A DNA stretch of 63,242 nt from a virus. Its lineage: Duplodnaviria; Caudoviricetes. Both the position numbers and the translations under genes were made by a program. The stretch lies in IMG/VR virus record IMGVR_UViG_3300032294_001820, positions 1 through 63,242 of that record. The stretch is one strand, 5' to 3'. The notes beneath the pieces are model-generated. The model did no database searches and was not told the origin of the DNA. It saw nothing but the letters and a program-made list of their open reading frames with translations. Positions 18,714-29,449 of the stretch are shown in pieces (position 1 is the first letter of the stretch; each line of letters begins with the position of its first letter).

Positions 18714-21700
18714 TTATACTAAAGGTTTCCAATAAATTCCGGAACTCACAATCTTAAAATCCCCACTTCCACCAAAGGTTATTTCGTAAACAATTGCCGT
18801 TCCCTGCATTCTATTGTCGTTTCCTGTAATTATTCTCCTACCAATGTACTGCTCAAAAGCACTTCCGTAATTCCTTAAATCAGCACCATTGATAAAACAT
18901 TGAATCGTTCCTGCCTCCGCTTGTTGAACATTATCAAACAAATTTACCCTCGTAGGAACCTGACTTGAACTAACCCTGATACCCTGAAACTCTTTAGCCA
19001 ATATCTGATTCTTAGCACTTGACTGCCAAACTTTAGCCTGAACAACAGCATTATTTATCCTATCCCCTGTATCTAACAAGTAAGTACCTGCTTCATCACC
19101 ATCTATCCACCTACCCATTCCGTAAGTCTTATTGTCAAAGCTCAGGTATTGGTCATAACGATATGAATACCTGCCATTCCAAGCCTGATTCTTTTGGCTA
19201 AACACAAACAATTGAGTTTCCTCCCTTGTATTCTGTATCTGAACCATATACTCTTCGTGCTTAGTGTCGTAGCATGATGTAATCCAAGTAGCATATCCAT
19301 TGCCAAAAGCATTCAAATACTGAATTATCTTAGCGAAATAGTTGAATTTCCTTGCAATATCTAAGGCTTCATTACCATTGAACAAATAAGCACTTGTCTT
19401 ATTCATAAAATACAATGAATTATTATACTCAGCCCTTGACCTCCAAGACTCCTCATTCATACCTATCTCTCGGCTAATCCAATACTCGCCACCGATAACC
19501 TTACCCTCAGTTACTAACCCCATTGCTATCTGCTCACCTGTTGCATCCCTAATAATAGCATCCTCAGTAAGCAATAAACACATACCCCTTTCGGTAAAAG
19601 CATATAGGTTATTACCCTTGTTTCCTCCCAATGCAGACCAAGCAAACTTGATTTCTCCGGTTTGATCATCCAAGTCATAAACATTTTGGGCAAGGAAAGT
19701 CCTGATACCTGGAGAATCTACTCTGGCAATTTCACGCTTTAGGCTATAAGCATCCCTTGTGCAAAACTCTGTTAATTCTCTAAATCCTGTTGTTGGTTTA
19801 GTTGTCCAAAAAGTAACATTCTGGATGTGTAAATAGTCAATATTGAATTGAGGTTGGTATCTGTAACCTCCATATCTCCAATAAATCCATTCATCGGGGT
19901 AGTCAGACTTATAGTTGTCATAAATAATACCTGAACCACCACAGAAGTTATCGTCCTGAACCGTTGTTTCCCATTCATTAGGACGCATAATATAGTTTGT
20001 CACAGGGAAGAATTTTCCCATTTGATAACTTGGGGGGTCTGTTATTGGTGCTTCGTAGTTGTATGGCAGGTGAATCCGGCTTTCGCAATTGAATAAAGCA
20101 ATCATTTGGCGTAACCACCTACTTTGCAAACTACTGCAATCTTGAATTTTGTTTCCACCACCTCTGGCATCCTGAGTAATAAACATTCTTGGATTAACCT
20201 GAATCTCATAGTAAGGCAAACCAAGGTTAAGTGGTAGCGGAGAACTTGTACCTGTATTTGCTGGATTTCCACCGCCATTAGGAATTTGTCTATCAACAAA
20301 ACAGGCTGTATCATCACCGGTATAAGCATCGCCCCCAAAAGCCTTAACAGGAACTTCATTATCGTATTTGATAATAACCTTGCTACCTGTAATGGGGTTG
20401 ACGGGAACTGTACCGCAATTAAATACAATAGAGTATATGTTTGATGGGAATGTTCCAAATGTAGTTCTATAAAAACCTGAAATTGTTACTCCATCTTTAC
20501 TGCCTCCGGGTGTGTTAGTGCCTATTACATACGGCAAAGAGGGAAGCATTAAGTCAACATTGAAATTTGAAACATTATCGGCATTTAACCAATATTGAAC
20601 AGTTCCATCAGGTAACTCTATTTGAATTATAGAGTTTATGGTATTATTGTCAATTGTCGCAACAGTTGTATATGTGTTTGGTGTCCAAGGTCTAATATCC
20701 TCCCACCTTTCATCACCTGCAAGGTTAAAGAATATTGAAGAAGGCGTGTATGTTCCTACCCAAGACCGCAGTTTCTGATATGCACCTGTATCAAAGTATG
20801 TAGTTACATCACTTTGTGGAACATTTGCCAAGGTATCAACAATGTTAATATTGTACCAAGGTTCGTGGAAACTCTTTAGGTCAGCACTTGGGTATTTGTT
20901 ATCACAAGCGTTTGAACCAACTGATTGAACATTATAAACAGCCGTACTTGTACCTAAAACAAAGAATTGATTACCTCTGTCGCCTAAATACTCACTACCA
21001 ATACCACTTGTGTCTGTTCCTGAATTATTGGCACTCCGGAATTCGTTTAATACAAAACTTGCCCTGTTTATATTCAAATTTGCTTCCCATCCCGGAAAGC
21101 CGGCATTTCTCCACTTGCCAAATTGAACATACCCACCTGTACTCGTAGGGTCAGGAGTAAGATTAATCGTTGCGTTATCCTCATAGAATCTCGGATACAA
21201 ACACATATCAATATGGTCTTCCTGAAGCCCTGTTCTATTTTCTCCGTGCGGAACTTCAGGGAATATACCAACAGGTGAAACTAATTGAGCCTCATACCTT
21301 GAACCTGAATTAGTACCTATCTCGTTAATTACCTGTTGAGAAATAAGACCAGCCCTTGCACTCGCTTCGAAACTATAAAACCATAATTTATCCGTTGCTT
21401 TATATGCAGGGTCTGTTGCATTGCCACTCGGATTCGGATAAAGATAGTAACCACCTATGCCTTGAAACACAACTCTGCCAGCAGGTTTAGTTCTAAGGAT
21501 TGAAAATGCCTGAATATATGAAGGCAAAAGACTGTCATCAATACCATTTAATGCAACTCCTAAAGCGAAATATTCAGGTGCAAAACCAGCAGGGTGAAAA
21601 TCCGCAAGTGAACTGCAATCATTCTGAACCCTTGTATTTATTACATAATCGTGTCCGGTTACGCTTGGGTCTCGTTCACTTATTGGAGTTAATGGTTGAT

Positions 21701-23366
21701 ATCCTATATCAACAGCCTGTGTTGGATTCGAAACAGAACCGCAACCGCAGAAAGCCGGCATATTAGTTATGCCCTCATTGCCATCGCAGGTTAAAATTCC
21801 TCCGTCTTGTTTTTGCCCATCACAAGCAATATTCTTAAAACTGCAACAATCATTCTTTGTTACAGCATTGACTAAACTATATGTTTCATAGCATTTACTA
21901 TTGCTATTTGTTTGATAAACAGACGCAATTGGCAGTGTAGTCGCACCTGCATAAGTATAACTATATGTGTCGTTAATAGAGTTGGTGATAATTTCATCCC
22001 TTCTATCAGGCAGTTGATAATTTGTAAACCCCGTAACAGGCGTAGCAAAACTTTGCCCCATTAAAGAATTCCAAAATCCTACTCCAAAACCGTACTTCTC
22101 GCCTCTGAATAAACTACGATAATAAGTTGTGTAATAGGCATCATTGTACCCAATAGTACCAAGCGGTGCCATTACAGGAAATAAGTTTGGTCGCCCATTG
22201 CTTACGAATGTCGGAGTAAAATCCATTGAGGCATACCTTACATTCATAAGGTGCAAACGGTTCTCAAAGTACCTTAAAGTCTTACAGGCTTCAATAGGAC
22301 CATACTGAACAGTATCGTCTTCATCAGTAATAGGTTCTCCAACTGCACCAAAATCAACAATGTACTTTACTACATTTTCGCCATCAACTAATCCCAATGT
22401 GCCTATAAGTTCTGCACTCGGAGTAAAACCTACGGGAACACCATTGTTATATGAATAACGCTTAATCTCAATGTAGTCGTACCCAAGTTCATTCTGAATC
22501 CTGAAATTAAGTACAATTCCATATCCTGTTTGAGTATTGGGGTCAGCACCATAAGTCTTAATGCTCGGATATTGGTCGCTTTTTACATTTATTTGAACAG
22601 GTACAGGAATTGTCGGAGTAACATTTGTCCATGCAGTTCTATCCCCACTTGTCGTTACATACCGAAATGAATAAGAATACATACCTACTTTTAATCCAGC
22701 AGAACCAATTACTTTATCAGCAGGATAGCCCGGACTTGGAGTAAGTTCAACAAACGACATCATATGTGGAGGCATCTGTGTATTTACCTCATACCTTCTT
22801 CTGTCGAATTCAGTAAAGTATTTCTCCGTACAAACAGGGTCGCTTGAATCTATCATGTCCTGAACATTCAGGATAATAGGTGCAGTTCTGTTATCGGTAA
22901 TATAAATCTCCCCACCAAGGCAGGTATTATTCCAATGGAACTGAATAGGATAATCTATGTCAATTGGCAGTTGTGGACTTGCAGCGTAAATAATGCCGTC
23001 AATACGAATGAATGGAGCAAGTCTTGTTCCCGGAGGTGTATCTGGGGTTTCATCACACCACAACTCAACTATCTTTCCTTTGACAAATATCGTCGCCATA
23101 CACCTCCAAGCACCATTGATGAATGTTGCACCATAGTAACTATTGCAACTATTATCCTCTGAAATATACTCAATCTCTTCTCCACTAATTCTTGACAATG
23201 CCATTTCATCAGCATTAAGCCCCGTTGGTCGCATATTCTCGGCATCAATATACATACCTGAATCTGACTGCCCAAGGAACTGCTCGTCAATGCTATATGA
23301 AGCACCTTTGTTAAAGGCTTTTACATCTATCTCCGTTCCCTTCTGATTGTGTATCGGTAATGGCAT
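18714..23366 (-). CDS. Tail stabilisation / muzzle protein (P22 gp10 / crAss muzzle-like)
   Basis: 1550 aa, N-terminal YIDAENMR motif, beta-propeller-like composition, directly after the ring-protein genes. Confidence 0.7.
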   Translation of the reverse strand: MPLPIHNQKGTEIDVKAFNKGASYSIDEQFLGQSDSGMYIDAENMRPTGLNADEMALSRISGEEIEYISEDNSCNSYYGATFINGAWRCMATIFVKGKIVELWCDETPDTPPGTRLAPFIRIDGIIYAASPQLPIDIDYPIQFHWNNTCLGGEIYITDNRTAPIILNVQDMIDSSDPVCTEKYFTEFDRRRYEVNTQMPPHMMSFVELTPSPGYPADKVIGSAGLKVGMYSYSFRYVTTSGDRTAWTNVTPTIPVPVQINVKSDQYPSIKTYGADPNTQTGYGIVLNFRIQNELGYDYIEIKRYSYNNGVPVGFTPSAELIGTLGLVDGENVVKYIVDFGAVGEPITDEDDTVQYGPIEACKTLRYFENRLHLMNVRYASMDFTPTFVSNGRPNLFPVMAPLGTIGYNDAYYTTYYRSLFRGEKYGFGVGFWNSLMGQSFATPVTGFTNYQLPDRRDEIITNSINDTYSYTYAGATTLPIASVYQTNSNSKCYETYSLVNAVTKNDCCSFKNIACDGQKQDGGILTCDGNEGITNMPAFCGCGSVSNPTQAVDIGYQPLTPISERDPSVTGHDYVINTRVQNDCSSLADFHPAGFAPEYFALGVALNGIDDSLLPSYIQAFSILRTKPAGRVVFQGIGGYYLYPNPSGNATDPAYKATDKLWFYSFEASARAGLISQQVINEIGTNSGSRYEAQLVSPVGIFPEVPHGENRTGLQEDHIDMCLYPRFYEDNATINLTPDPTSTGGYVQFGKWRNAGFPGWEANLNINRASFVLNEFRSANNSGTDTSGIGSEYLGDRGNQFFVLGTSTAVYNVQSVGSNACDNKYPSADLKSFHEPWYNINIVDTLANVPQSDVTTYFDTGAYQKLRSWVGTYTPSSIFFNLAGDERWEDIRPWTPNTYTTVATIDNNTINSIIQIELPDGTVQYWLNADNVSNFNVDLMLPSLPYVIGTNTPGGSKDGVTISGFYRTTFGTFPSNIYSIVFNCGTVPVNPITGSKVIIKYDNEVPVKAFGGDAYTGDDTACFVDRQIPNGGGNPANTGTSSPLPLNLGLPYYEIQVNPRMFITQDARGGGNKIQDCSSLQSRWLRQMIALFNCESRIHLPYNYEAPITDPPSYQMGKFFPVTNYIMRPNEWETTVQDDNFCGGSGIIYDNYKSDYPDEWIYWRYGGYRYQPQFNIDYLHIQNVTFWTTKPTTGFRELTEFCTRDAYSLKREIARVDSPGIRTFLAQNVYDLDDQTGEIKFAWSALGGNKGNNLYAFTERGMCLLLTEDAIIRDATGEQIAMGLVTEGKVIGGEYWISREIGMNEESWRSRAEYNNSLYFMNKTSAYLFNGNEALDIARKFNYFAKIIQYLNAFGNGYATWITSCYDTKHEEYMVQIQNTREETQLFVFSQKNQAWNGRYSYRYDQYLSFDNKTYGMGRWIDGDEAGTYLLDTGDRINNAVVQAKVWQSSAKNQILAKEFQGIRVSSSQVPTRVNLFDNVQQAEAGTIQCFINGADLRNYGSAFEQYIGRRIITGNDNRMQGTAIVYEITFGGSGDFKIVSSGIYWKPLV

Positions 23367-23372
23367 ATCGTA

Positions 23373-24137
23373 TTAATACTTTGAGGTTTCGTTGTTTAAA
23401 TTAAACTCATTACGCTTCCATGTTCCCATTCTGACAAGAAACACTTTAGCCCTTGCTAATGCCCCTTCTCTTGGGTCATCGAGGTCGCCTACTATCGTTT
23501 GGTAGATAGTCCGGTACTTCTTTTCATCCCTCGCCAATAATGCCTTACAGACACGCTTTGCAGTCATTAAAGTAATGCACTCCCTAACTACTCTCGGAAT
23601 CTCAATGGTAGAACCTATCTCACCTCCAAGGCTATTATAAACCAACCTCAAATACTTGAACTCCAAAGAAGGACTACTAAGCATTATCAGTCTATTCTCA
23701 ATATTGGCAAAGTAAGTAGTGAACCCCGTACTCTGAATATCGAACCCCTGACCACCTGCATTGTAGTAGTAATCCTGTGCCTGATTGTCTTTTATTAAAG
23801 CCGTATATCCAGGACCACCTTGGCTATTGTTATACAACCTCTTCCAATGCACAACAGCCATTTCGCTTCCAGGTTGACAACATACGCCATTATGCAAATA
23901 CATTTCACGAATATTGAAACTATCAGAAGGCATATCCAAAGTAAACCTACCGGGAACCAAGGGAATATCCTTAGTAAGAATAGTCATAAACGATTGCAAA
24001 TTCAAATCCTCATAAGACCTTTGAACACTATTCATATAGTACCCACGACTTAATCCCCTCTGTAAATCTGCATCATCAAGCATCATACTTACCTCTGAAA
24101 TAATATCGTCAGCAGTAATTCTATCGCTCCATTCCAT
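23373..24137 (-). CDS. Ring / head-tail adaptor-like protein
   Basis: Helix, LDMPSD beta segment, then IPRVVRECI helix, typical of podovirus adaptor rings. Confidence 0.6.
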   Translation of the reverse strand: MEWSDRITADDIISEVSMMLDDADLQRGLSRGYYMNSVQRSYEDLNLQSFMTILTKDIPLVPGRFTLDMPSDSFNIREMYLHNGVCCQPGSEMAVVHWKRLYNNSQGGPGYTALIKDNQAQDYYYNAGGQGFDIQSTGFTTYFANIENRLIMLSSPSLEFKYLRLVYNSLGGEIGSTIEIPRVVRECITLMTAKRVCKALLARDEKKYRTIYQTIVGDLDDPREGALARAKVFLVRMGTWKRNEFNLNNETSKY

Positions 24138-24139
24138 AA

Positions 24140-24916
24140 TTAATTACCTCCCTGTAATTGTTGTGTAACTTGTTGCTGATACAATTGGTCAGCACGACTT
24201 AATCCACTTTCAGCCGAAAGTGTATTCTGACCATCGTTGATATTATCACTAATCGTTGCTAATACAAATTTGCCAAGGCTGATTACATTGTATTTCAATA
24301 CCTCAATCAGGTGTTCCGGCAAATCAAGAATATCATCAAGGCTTTTAATATCAGCAGCAGTAGTATAGGCATAGCACCCTATCTGCAATTTAGCAATACT
24401 ACTACATTCTAAACCCAATAAATAAATCCGTACCCCATTTCCACTTTCGTCCTCAACTACATAGAAATATGGATTGGCTTCACTCGGTTTTTCATACTCA
24501 TTTCCATATAACCTCTGTATTCCAAAACCCGGTGTAGTTCGTGTGAAATTCACCTGATTTGGGCCATAACAGCAATTCGGGTCTAAATGGTCATAGGTAA
24601 TGAACTTTATTCCTCCATCCCTCGGCAGGTCAATTATTCTCGCAGGAAGGATGATATATTTTTGATTCTTAATTACATTCGGATTGCTTGATGTGCTTTG
24701 AGATTGAATAGGAATATTAGAATATACCCTTAAATAATCGCCTCCAATCGTGCTTGAATCCTTTAATTCATTGTTTAAATGCTGATATTTCAACCTGTTA
24801 GCACTTACGCTTACATGGTACAAAACCTGTGCTAAGGTCAGTTCTCCATCGTCAAAATTCTGTTTTAGGGATTGCCAAATATCATAGACAACCTCCCTAT
24901 ATGTGTATCCAGCCAT
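24140..24916 (-). CDS. Ring / head-tail adaptor-like protein
   Basis: TYREVVYDI...ILPARII...LPEHLIEVL pattern, as in crAss-like ring proteins. Confidence 0.6.
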   Translation of the reverse strand: MAGYTYREVVYDIWQSLKQNFDDGELTLAQVLYHVSVSANRLKYQHLNNELKDSSTIGGDYLRVYSNIPIQSQSTSSNPNVIKNQKYIILPARIIDLPRDGGIKFITYDHLDPNCCYGPNQVNFTRTTPGFGIQRLYGNEYEKPSEANPYFYVVEDESGNGVRIYLLGLECSSIAKLQIGCYAYTTAADIKSLDDILDLPEHLIEVLKYNVISLGKFVLATISDNINDGQNTLSAESGLSRADQLYQQQVTQQLQGGN

Positions 24917-24920
24917 ACCC

Positions 24921-24928
24921 CAAAGATA
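24921..24928 (-). promoter_or_regulatory. Bacteroidota -7 promoter box (TATCTTTG)
   Basis: TAnnTTTG 4 nt before the ATG at 24916 (near-leaderless). Confidence 0.55.
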
Positions 24929-24950
24929 CGAAATTGTATATTAAATAGGA

Positions 24951-24989
24951 CAAATAAAAAAAGCCCGAAGGTCATCAATCCTCCGGGCT
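24951..24989 (-). terminator. Intrinsic terminator
   Basis: Minus-strand stem AGCCCGGAGG/CCTTCGGGCT followed by TTTTTTATTT. Confidence 0.8.
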
Positions 24990-25016
24990 CTGTCAAAAGG
25001 CAACGCTAATTAACCC

Positions 25017-25493
25017 TTAATTCTTAGGCTGTAAACTCTGCCAGCCAGATGCTTGCGTCCTTACTCTGAACAATGCACTGTCTTTATCATAGTAGTAATA
25101 ACCAACTGTTGCGGTATCAGGAACAAATAATCCTATTTTCTGATAATTACCCAAATAGTTACCTTTTTTGGCATTTACAGATTGATTTAACAAGTCAACC
25201 GCTTGGTCTCTTGTGTAACCAAAAATTGTATCGCCATTCTGAGTACCTGAATAGAAAATTCTTGTGTAAATAAGATTCGTCAAAGCTCTGTCGCTGTAAA
25301 CAAAAATGTTTTGTGTACCAAAAGGTGCAAAGTAAACATTTGATATATTAGCTCTGAAATGTACAAAATTATTAGGACCAGTCCTAACTATCATCATATC
25401 ATTTTTGAACTCATAACTGAGAACCCTATACACCTGAGCATTTACAGATAATCCGCAAACAAGCAGTATTGATAAAAACAGAAATTTTTTCAT
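25017..25493 (-). CDS. Signal-peptide protein, paralog of 25504..25983
   Basis: Signal peptide MKKFLFLSILLVCGLSVNA-Q and C-terminal KGNYLG...PDTA..GYYYYDKDSALFR shared with its neighbour. Confidence 0.75.
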   Translation of the reverse strand: MKKFLFLSILLVCGLSVNAQVYRVLSYEFKNDMMIVRTGPNNFVHFRANISNVYFAPFGTQNIFVYSDRALTNLIYTRIFYSGTQNGDTIFGYTRDQAVDLLNQSVNAKKGNYLGNYQKIGLFVPDTATVGYYYYDKDSALFRVRTQASGWQSLQPKN

Positions 25494-25503
25494 GGTTGGT
25501 TAA

Positions 25504-25983
25504 TTAAAACTTAGGTTGAATACTTTGGAACCCACCTGTTGCTCTCTTGAATCTAAAGGTAGCACTATCGGTATCGTAGTAGTAATTCCCTGTAAAAGCA
25601 GTATCAGGGGCAATTAACTGTGATTTCTTATATGCACCAAGATAATTTCCTTTCGCAGCATTAATAGTCTGATTCATAATATCACGAGCCTGAACAGCAG
25701 TACGACCTGCAATAGTATCAAGTGTTGGAGAATATCGCAAATTTATAGCTGTTCCATTTCCGATAAATCGCAAAGTTGTGTGGTCAAAGTTATTTAAAGG
25801 TCTTTGAAGTGTGTCAACTTTTGCGTCTAATACTGATAAAGTTACCAGTTTAGTTGTTCCTGATTTTACCAAAAAGTAACCATTGGTAACTTCATAGGTA
25901 ATTGTTCTTTGTGCAGTAGCCGTAGAAGGCTCACAGGCAAACAGCAATACTGCTGTCAAAAGGAGGAAAAGAATTTTTTTCAT
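25504..25983 (-). CDS. Signal-peptide / lipoprotein-like protein, paralog of 25017..25493
   Basis: Start MKKILFLLLTAVLLFAC at 25983 and C-terminal KGNYLG...PDTA..GNYYYDTDSATFR. Confidence 0.75.
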   Translation of the reverse strand: MKKILFLLLTAVLLFACEPSTATAQRTITYEVTNGYFLVKSGTTKLVTLSVLDAKVDTLQRPLNNFDHTTLRFIGNGTAINLRYSPTLDTIAGRTAVQARDIMNQTINAAKGNYLGAYKKSQLIAPDTAFTGNYYYDTDSATFRFKRATGGFQSIQPKF

Positions 25984-26017
25984 GTTTGAAATATGTTTTA
26001 GTTGAACTTTGTGAATA

Positions 26018-26025
26018 CAAATATA
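26018..26025 (-). promoter_or_regulatory. Bacteroidota -7 promoter box (TATATTTG)
   Basis: Upstream of the ATG at 25983. Confidence 0.55.
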
Positions 26026-26041
26026 AGAAGATTTTAATTCA

Positions 26042-26332
26042 CTACCATTTGGATTTTTTGGCCCACCAAGCCGCACTCATTTTACCCTTGGCGATATTCT
26101 TACCATGACGAGCATTGAAACTCTCTCTACGCTTTCTATCGGAATCAGATTCGCCTTTTCGCTTAGGACTTCCAGAAACTCCCTGTTGCCCAAAACGAAT
26201 CGTCTTAACTTTATCCCCTTCTTTCGCCACAACTACATGGCTTTTAGTTGGATGACTTGGTGTACGCTTAGGCTTGTTAAAACCACTCACGCCTACACGC
26301 TTCAAAATGCCTTGCTTTGGATTCTGTGCCAT
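26042..26332 (-). CDS. Small basic phage protein (DUF6321-like)
   Basis: NKPKRTP..KSHVVVAK...IRFGQQG...RRESFNARH...SAAWWA motif. Confidence 0.7.
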   Translation of the reverse strand: MAQNPKQGILKRVGVSGFNKPKRTPSHPTKSHVVVAKEGDKVKTIRFGQQGVSGSPKRKGESDSDRKRRESFNARHGKNIAKGKMSAAWWAKKSKW

Positions 26333-26338
26333 AATCTA

Positions 26339-27214
26339 TTACTCTACTGCCCCAAGTAATGAAAGTAATTCTTGATCCGTTGTGCCCCTCAAATTCGTGC
26401 CGTTATTCTGCTTAATACTGATATAGTTCAATGCCTTAGAAACTAAAACATTCATCATAATTGCAGGAAATGGAATAGTATCGGTTGCTAAAACTACCTC
26501 AGCAGGAGTATGAATGTAGAAAACAGCAACTAATTCATTGGGAATATAGGGTGCAATTTCTAATTCTCTGGGAATAGTAAGTTTGTAACCTCCATAAACC
26601 GAAGTATAATCAATGTAACTTACATAAACATATTCGGTAACATCGTCATTGTAGGAAATATTACCCGGTGCAAATGGATTTCCTTTATTAGTTGCATACC
26701 TTTCAAGGTTCTCTCTACGGCAACTTTTATCGCTTCGTAGGAAACTTAATTCAGGTCTGAATGTACCCTCGTGCGGAAGTAATGTAGTTAATCCTGTGGC
26801 ATTCCAAGCCTGTGTAACAATAGGTGCATTAAAAACCTGCTGATTCAAATAAGGCTGAATCTCGTTGTAGTAAGTACCTGGAAGATTAGGAATTAAATCA
26901 GAAGCATTTTCAACAACTACATAAGGCTTAGGGTATATTGCAAGAATTGTCCAAATATCCCTATTGTTCAAATCTGCTGGATTGATATTCACCCTGCTAT
27001 ACTCACTTGTCTGCCAAATTTTACTGAAAGTCAATTCCCGAAATAGTTCTTCGGAGAACTTTTTTTGACCAAGGTAAGGAGTAATAACAGATACAGACCA
27101 CTCTAAAGCATAGTTGATTGCTGGCTTAAAATCCCTGCCGAAATTGTAGTAATCACTACCCTCAGCATCTAAAGCCGACTTCATTCTGTCTATAATGGTC
27201 TGTACCTGTATCAT
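26339..27214 (-). CDS. Ring / adaptor-like structural protein
   Basis: 291 aa with an N-terminal helix and C-terminal IPFPAIMMNVLV; head-tail position. Confidence 0.55.
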   Translation of the reverse strand: MIQVQTIIDRMKSALDAEGSDYYNFGRDFKPAINYALEWSVSVITPYLGQKKFSEELFRELTFSKIWQTSEYSRVNINPADLNNRDIWTILAIYPKPYVVVENASDLIPNLPGTYYNEIQPYLNQQVFNAPIVTQAWNATGLTTLLPHEGTFRPELSFLRSDKSCRRENLERYATNKGNPFAPGNISYNDDVTEYVYVSYIDYTSVYGGYKLTIPRELEIAPYIPNELVAVFYIHTPAEVVLATDTIPFPAIMMNVLVSKALNYISIKQNNGTNLRGTTDQELLSLLGAVE

Positions 27215-27222
27215 AGTTTAGT

Positions 27223-28107
27223 TTATACTCTCTCGTGTACCGCAGGTTTGTTAGAACCCATTTCGAAGATAGCCTTACGCTTTCCATCGCTACTAAGCAT
27301 TGCGTTGTTGGCCATAATCTTATCTTCTTGCTTCAATCTTTCATCAGCCAAAACAGCAATTAACTGATTTCTATTCTGACCCATATCGGTAGATACCTCC
27401 TTGCCTAAGTTCTGCAACCTCTCAATTACGCTATCATTCCGCAATACATCAACCTCGTTGGCTGCATCTGCTAAAGCTCTGCCACGAATGGTATCTGTGG
27501 TGGTAATCTCATTTTTCGCACGGAAGAACTCAATTCCTAATTTCGGATGGTTCAACAAGTAATCCAACTCCTTCTGATTCTTACAGAAATAAGTACAGAA
27601 AGGAATGTCGTTAAACTCCCCTAATTTGTAATTGGCAACTTTCTCGGCATAACTGAACCGGAAGTGAATTGGTTTTACCGGATATTCACCATTCTCGTTT
27701 TTATTCTTGCCTTCATCCCTAAAAGGAGGAATGTGGTATCGTCCTGTTTTGTGGTCGAAACAACCATAATCAATAAACTCTCTACGCAAAGAAAAGAATA
27801 CTACGGGTTCATCAAGGTAATCCTCAACCCGATATTGTAACTCAGGATTGGTACTTTCAGTAGTTTTCTCTGCAACACGATTATGTTGTTCTGCAACTTG
27901 AATAACTCTCGGACCAAGGCTTTCCTGAATCTGTCGGAGTTGTTCGAGGGTGATAGTAACAGGTTTGCCATCTTTATCATTGATAACGATTTGACCTGTG
28001 AATGAATTGTCGTGAATCTCCTTCTCTGTCAAAGGTAATTCTACTTGGCTTTTATCGCTGTTGTTTCCAGCGTTTGTGCCGGGTTTCGGCTGATTGTTCT
28101 GTCCCAT
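27223..28107 (-). CDS. Hypothetical protein downstream of the major capsid gene
   Basis: 294-aa ORF in the head operon. Confidence 0.65.
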   Translation of the reverse strand: MGQNNQPKPGTNAGNNSDKSQVELPLTEKEIHDNSFTGQIVINDKDGKPVTITLEQLRQIQESLGPRVIQVAEQHNRVAEKTTESTNPELQYRVEDYLDEPVVFFSLRREFIDYGCFDHKTGRYHIPPFRDEGKNKNENGEYPVKPIHFRFSYAEKVANYKLGEFNDIPFCTYFCKNQKELDYLLNHPKLGIEFFRAKNEITTTDTIRGRALADAANEVDVLRNDSVIERLQNLGKEVSTDMGQNRNQLIAVLADERLKQEDKIMANNAMLSSDGKRKAIFEMGSNKPAVHERV

Positions 28108-28142
28108 TTTAATTTATGTAATGTGATAAGTTGTATCGGAAA

Positions 28143-28172
28143 TTCAGGGAGGATTTTAATGCCCTCCCTGAA
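28143..28172. other. Strong intergenic hairpin after the capsid gene (stability or attenuation element)
   Basis: TTCAGGGAGG / CCTCCCTGAA perfect 10-bp inverted repeat; no clear U-tract. Confidence 0.6.
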
Positions 28173-28194
28173 CCTTACCGATGATACAAAGAAA

Positions 28195-29436
28195 TTACTG
28201 AATTGTAATCAATGAAGAATACTGTGGAGCCTCAAACTGTAAGCCCAAAGAAGAACTCATTCCGAACTCATAGAAGTTGTTCAAAGAAGGACCACCGTTG
28301 TTACGAGGATTAATTGTCCAAGTAGCATCATAGCCTAACAATTTAACAGTTTTGATTTTCTCTTTCTGCAATACGAAGGCATAATTTTGCCATGCAGCAG
28401 GGAAACTTGCTCTGTCCTCAAAACGCAAATTAGGTACTAAAACTGCTTTTGCTGAACCGATGTCAATCATGTTCAGGTTCAATTTAGCAACCATGTCGTT
28501 TGGAGTGTAACGAGTCAAGGCAGACTTAAACTGCTTAGACAATTGAAGGATACGAGTAGGGGTAGCAAACAAGAACTTCTCTTCTCCAAGTGGACCACCC
28601 ATTGTGTTCAGCAACGCTGATTCAACGGCATCTCCAAAAGAAGAAATAGGAGTTTGAATGTTTGGACTACCAGCAGCCAACATTTCGTTCAAGATACCAC
28701 CCATCATTTTAACGGGAGTTCCGTCAGCCAAGAACATCATACCTTTTTTACCCATCCACAATTGGTTGGACATAGAGATACGGAAGTTTTTTAACATTCT
28801 ATCACGCTCGTCTGCAAGGAAAGTAGGCAGGTAGTTGTTTGACTTGTATTTCAACAATTCAACAAAACCATAACGCATACCAATCGCTAACAGATAAATG
28901 TAATTGTATTTACGCTGAAGGTTCAAACGGTAGTAGTTGCTGATATTGGTAGCACTATCACCCTCGATTTGAGAAGCAAAAGTAAGAACATCACCTGCTG
29001 CAATAGCAGGAAGACTGTCGTTCTGCATTGGAGTAACGGTAATAACATTACCGGCTTTAGCAGTTACAGTTCCTTGCTTGTTGTTAGGGTAAGTCAATAC
29101 CATGTTCAAGGTAACATTGTCAGAAGTAACAAGGGTTACATTCTGAGTAGTTGGCCATGTAACGGTTGCACTTACGGCATTTACAGGAAGACCATAACGG
29201 TCATAAGGGGCTTCAAACCACTCGTGTTCATCACTTGTCTTAGTGATAGGTGATTTGTCCATAAGCAATTTCAAATCGTAAAACTGCTGTGGGGCAGAAT
29301 CTACAATCGAAGTGTAAATCTCTCTTTCGAGGATTGCTTGTTGTTGGCCTGTTAGACCTCCCCAAAAGGAACCAAGGGGGTTTGCTGCGTTATTATTATA
29401 CGCTGCATTAGGCGGGGTGTATTGTGTACTTGCCAT
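28195..29436 (-). CDS. Major capsid protein (HK97 fold)
   Basis: 413 aa after portal and scaffold; SDEHEWFE and LWMGKK...MMGGIL motifs typical of podovirus capsid proteins. Confidence 0.8.
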   Translation of the reverse strand: MASTQYTPPNAAYNNNAANPLGSFWGGLTGQQQAILEREIYTSIVDSAPQQFYDLKLLMDKSPITKTSDEHEWFEAPYDRYGLPVNAVSATVTWPTTQNVTLVTSDNVTLNMVLTYPNNKQGTVTAKAGNVITVTPMQNDSLPAIAAGDVLTFASQIEGDSATNISNYYRLNLQRKYNYIYLLAIGMRYGFVELLKYKSNNYLPTFLADERDRMLKNFRISMSNQLWMGKKGMMFLADGTPVKMMGGILNEMLAAGSPNIQTPISSFGDAVESALLNTMGGPLGEEKFLFATPTRILQLSKQFKSALTRYTPNDMVAKLNLNMIDIGSAKAVLVPNLRFEDRASFPAAWQNYAFVLQKEKIKTVKLLGYDATWTINPRNNGGPSLNNFYEFGMSSSLGLQFEAPQYSSLITIQ

Positions 29437-29449
29437 TTCTTTTTAAGAA

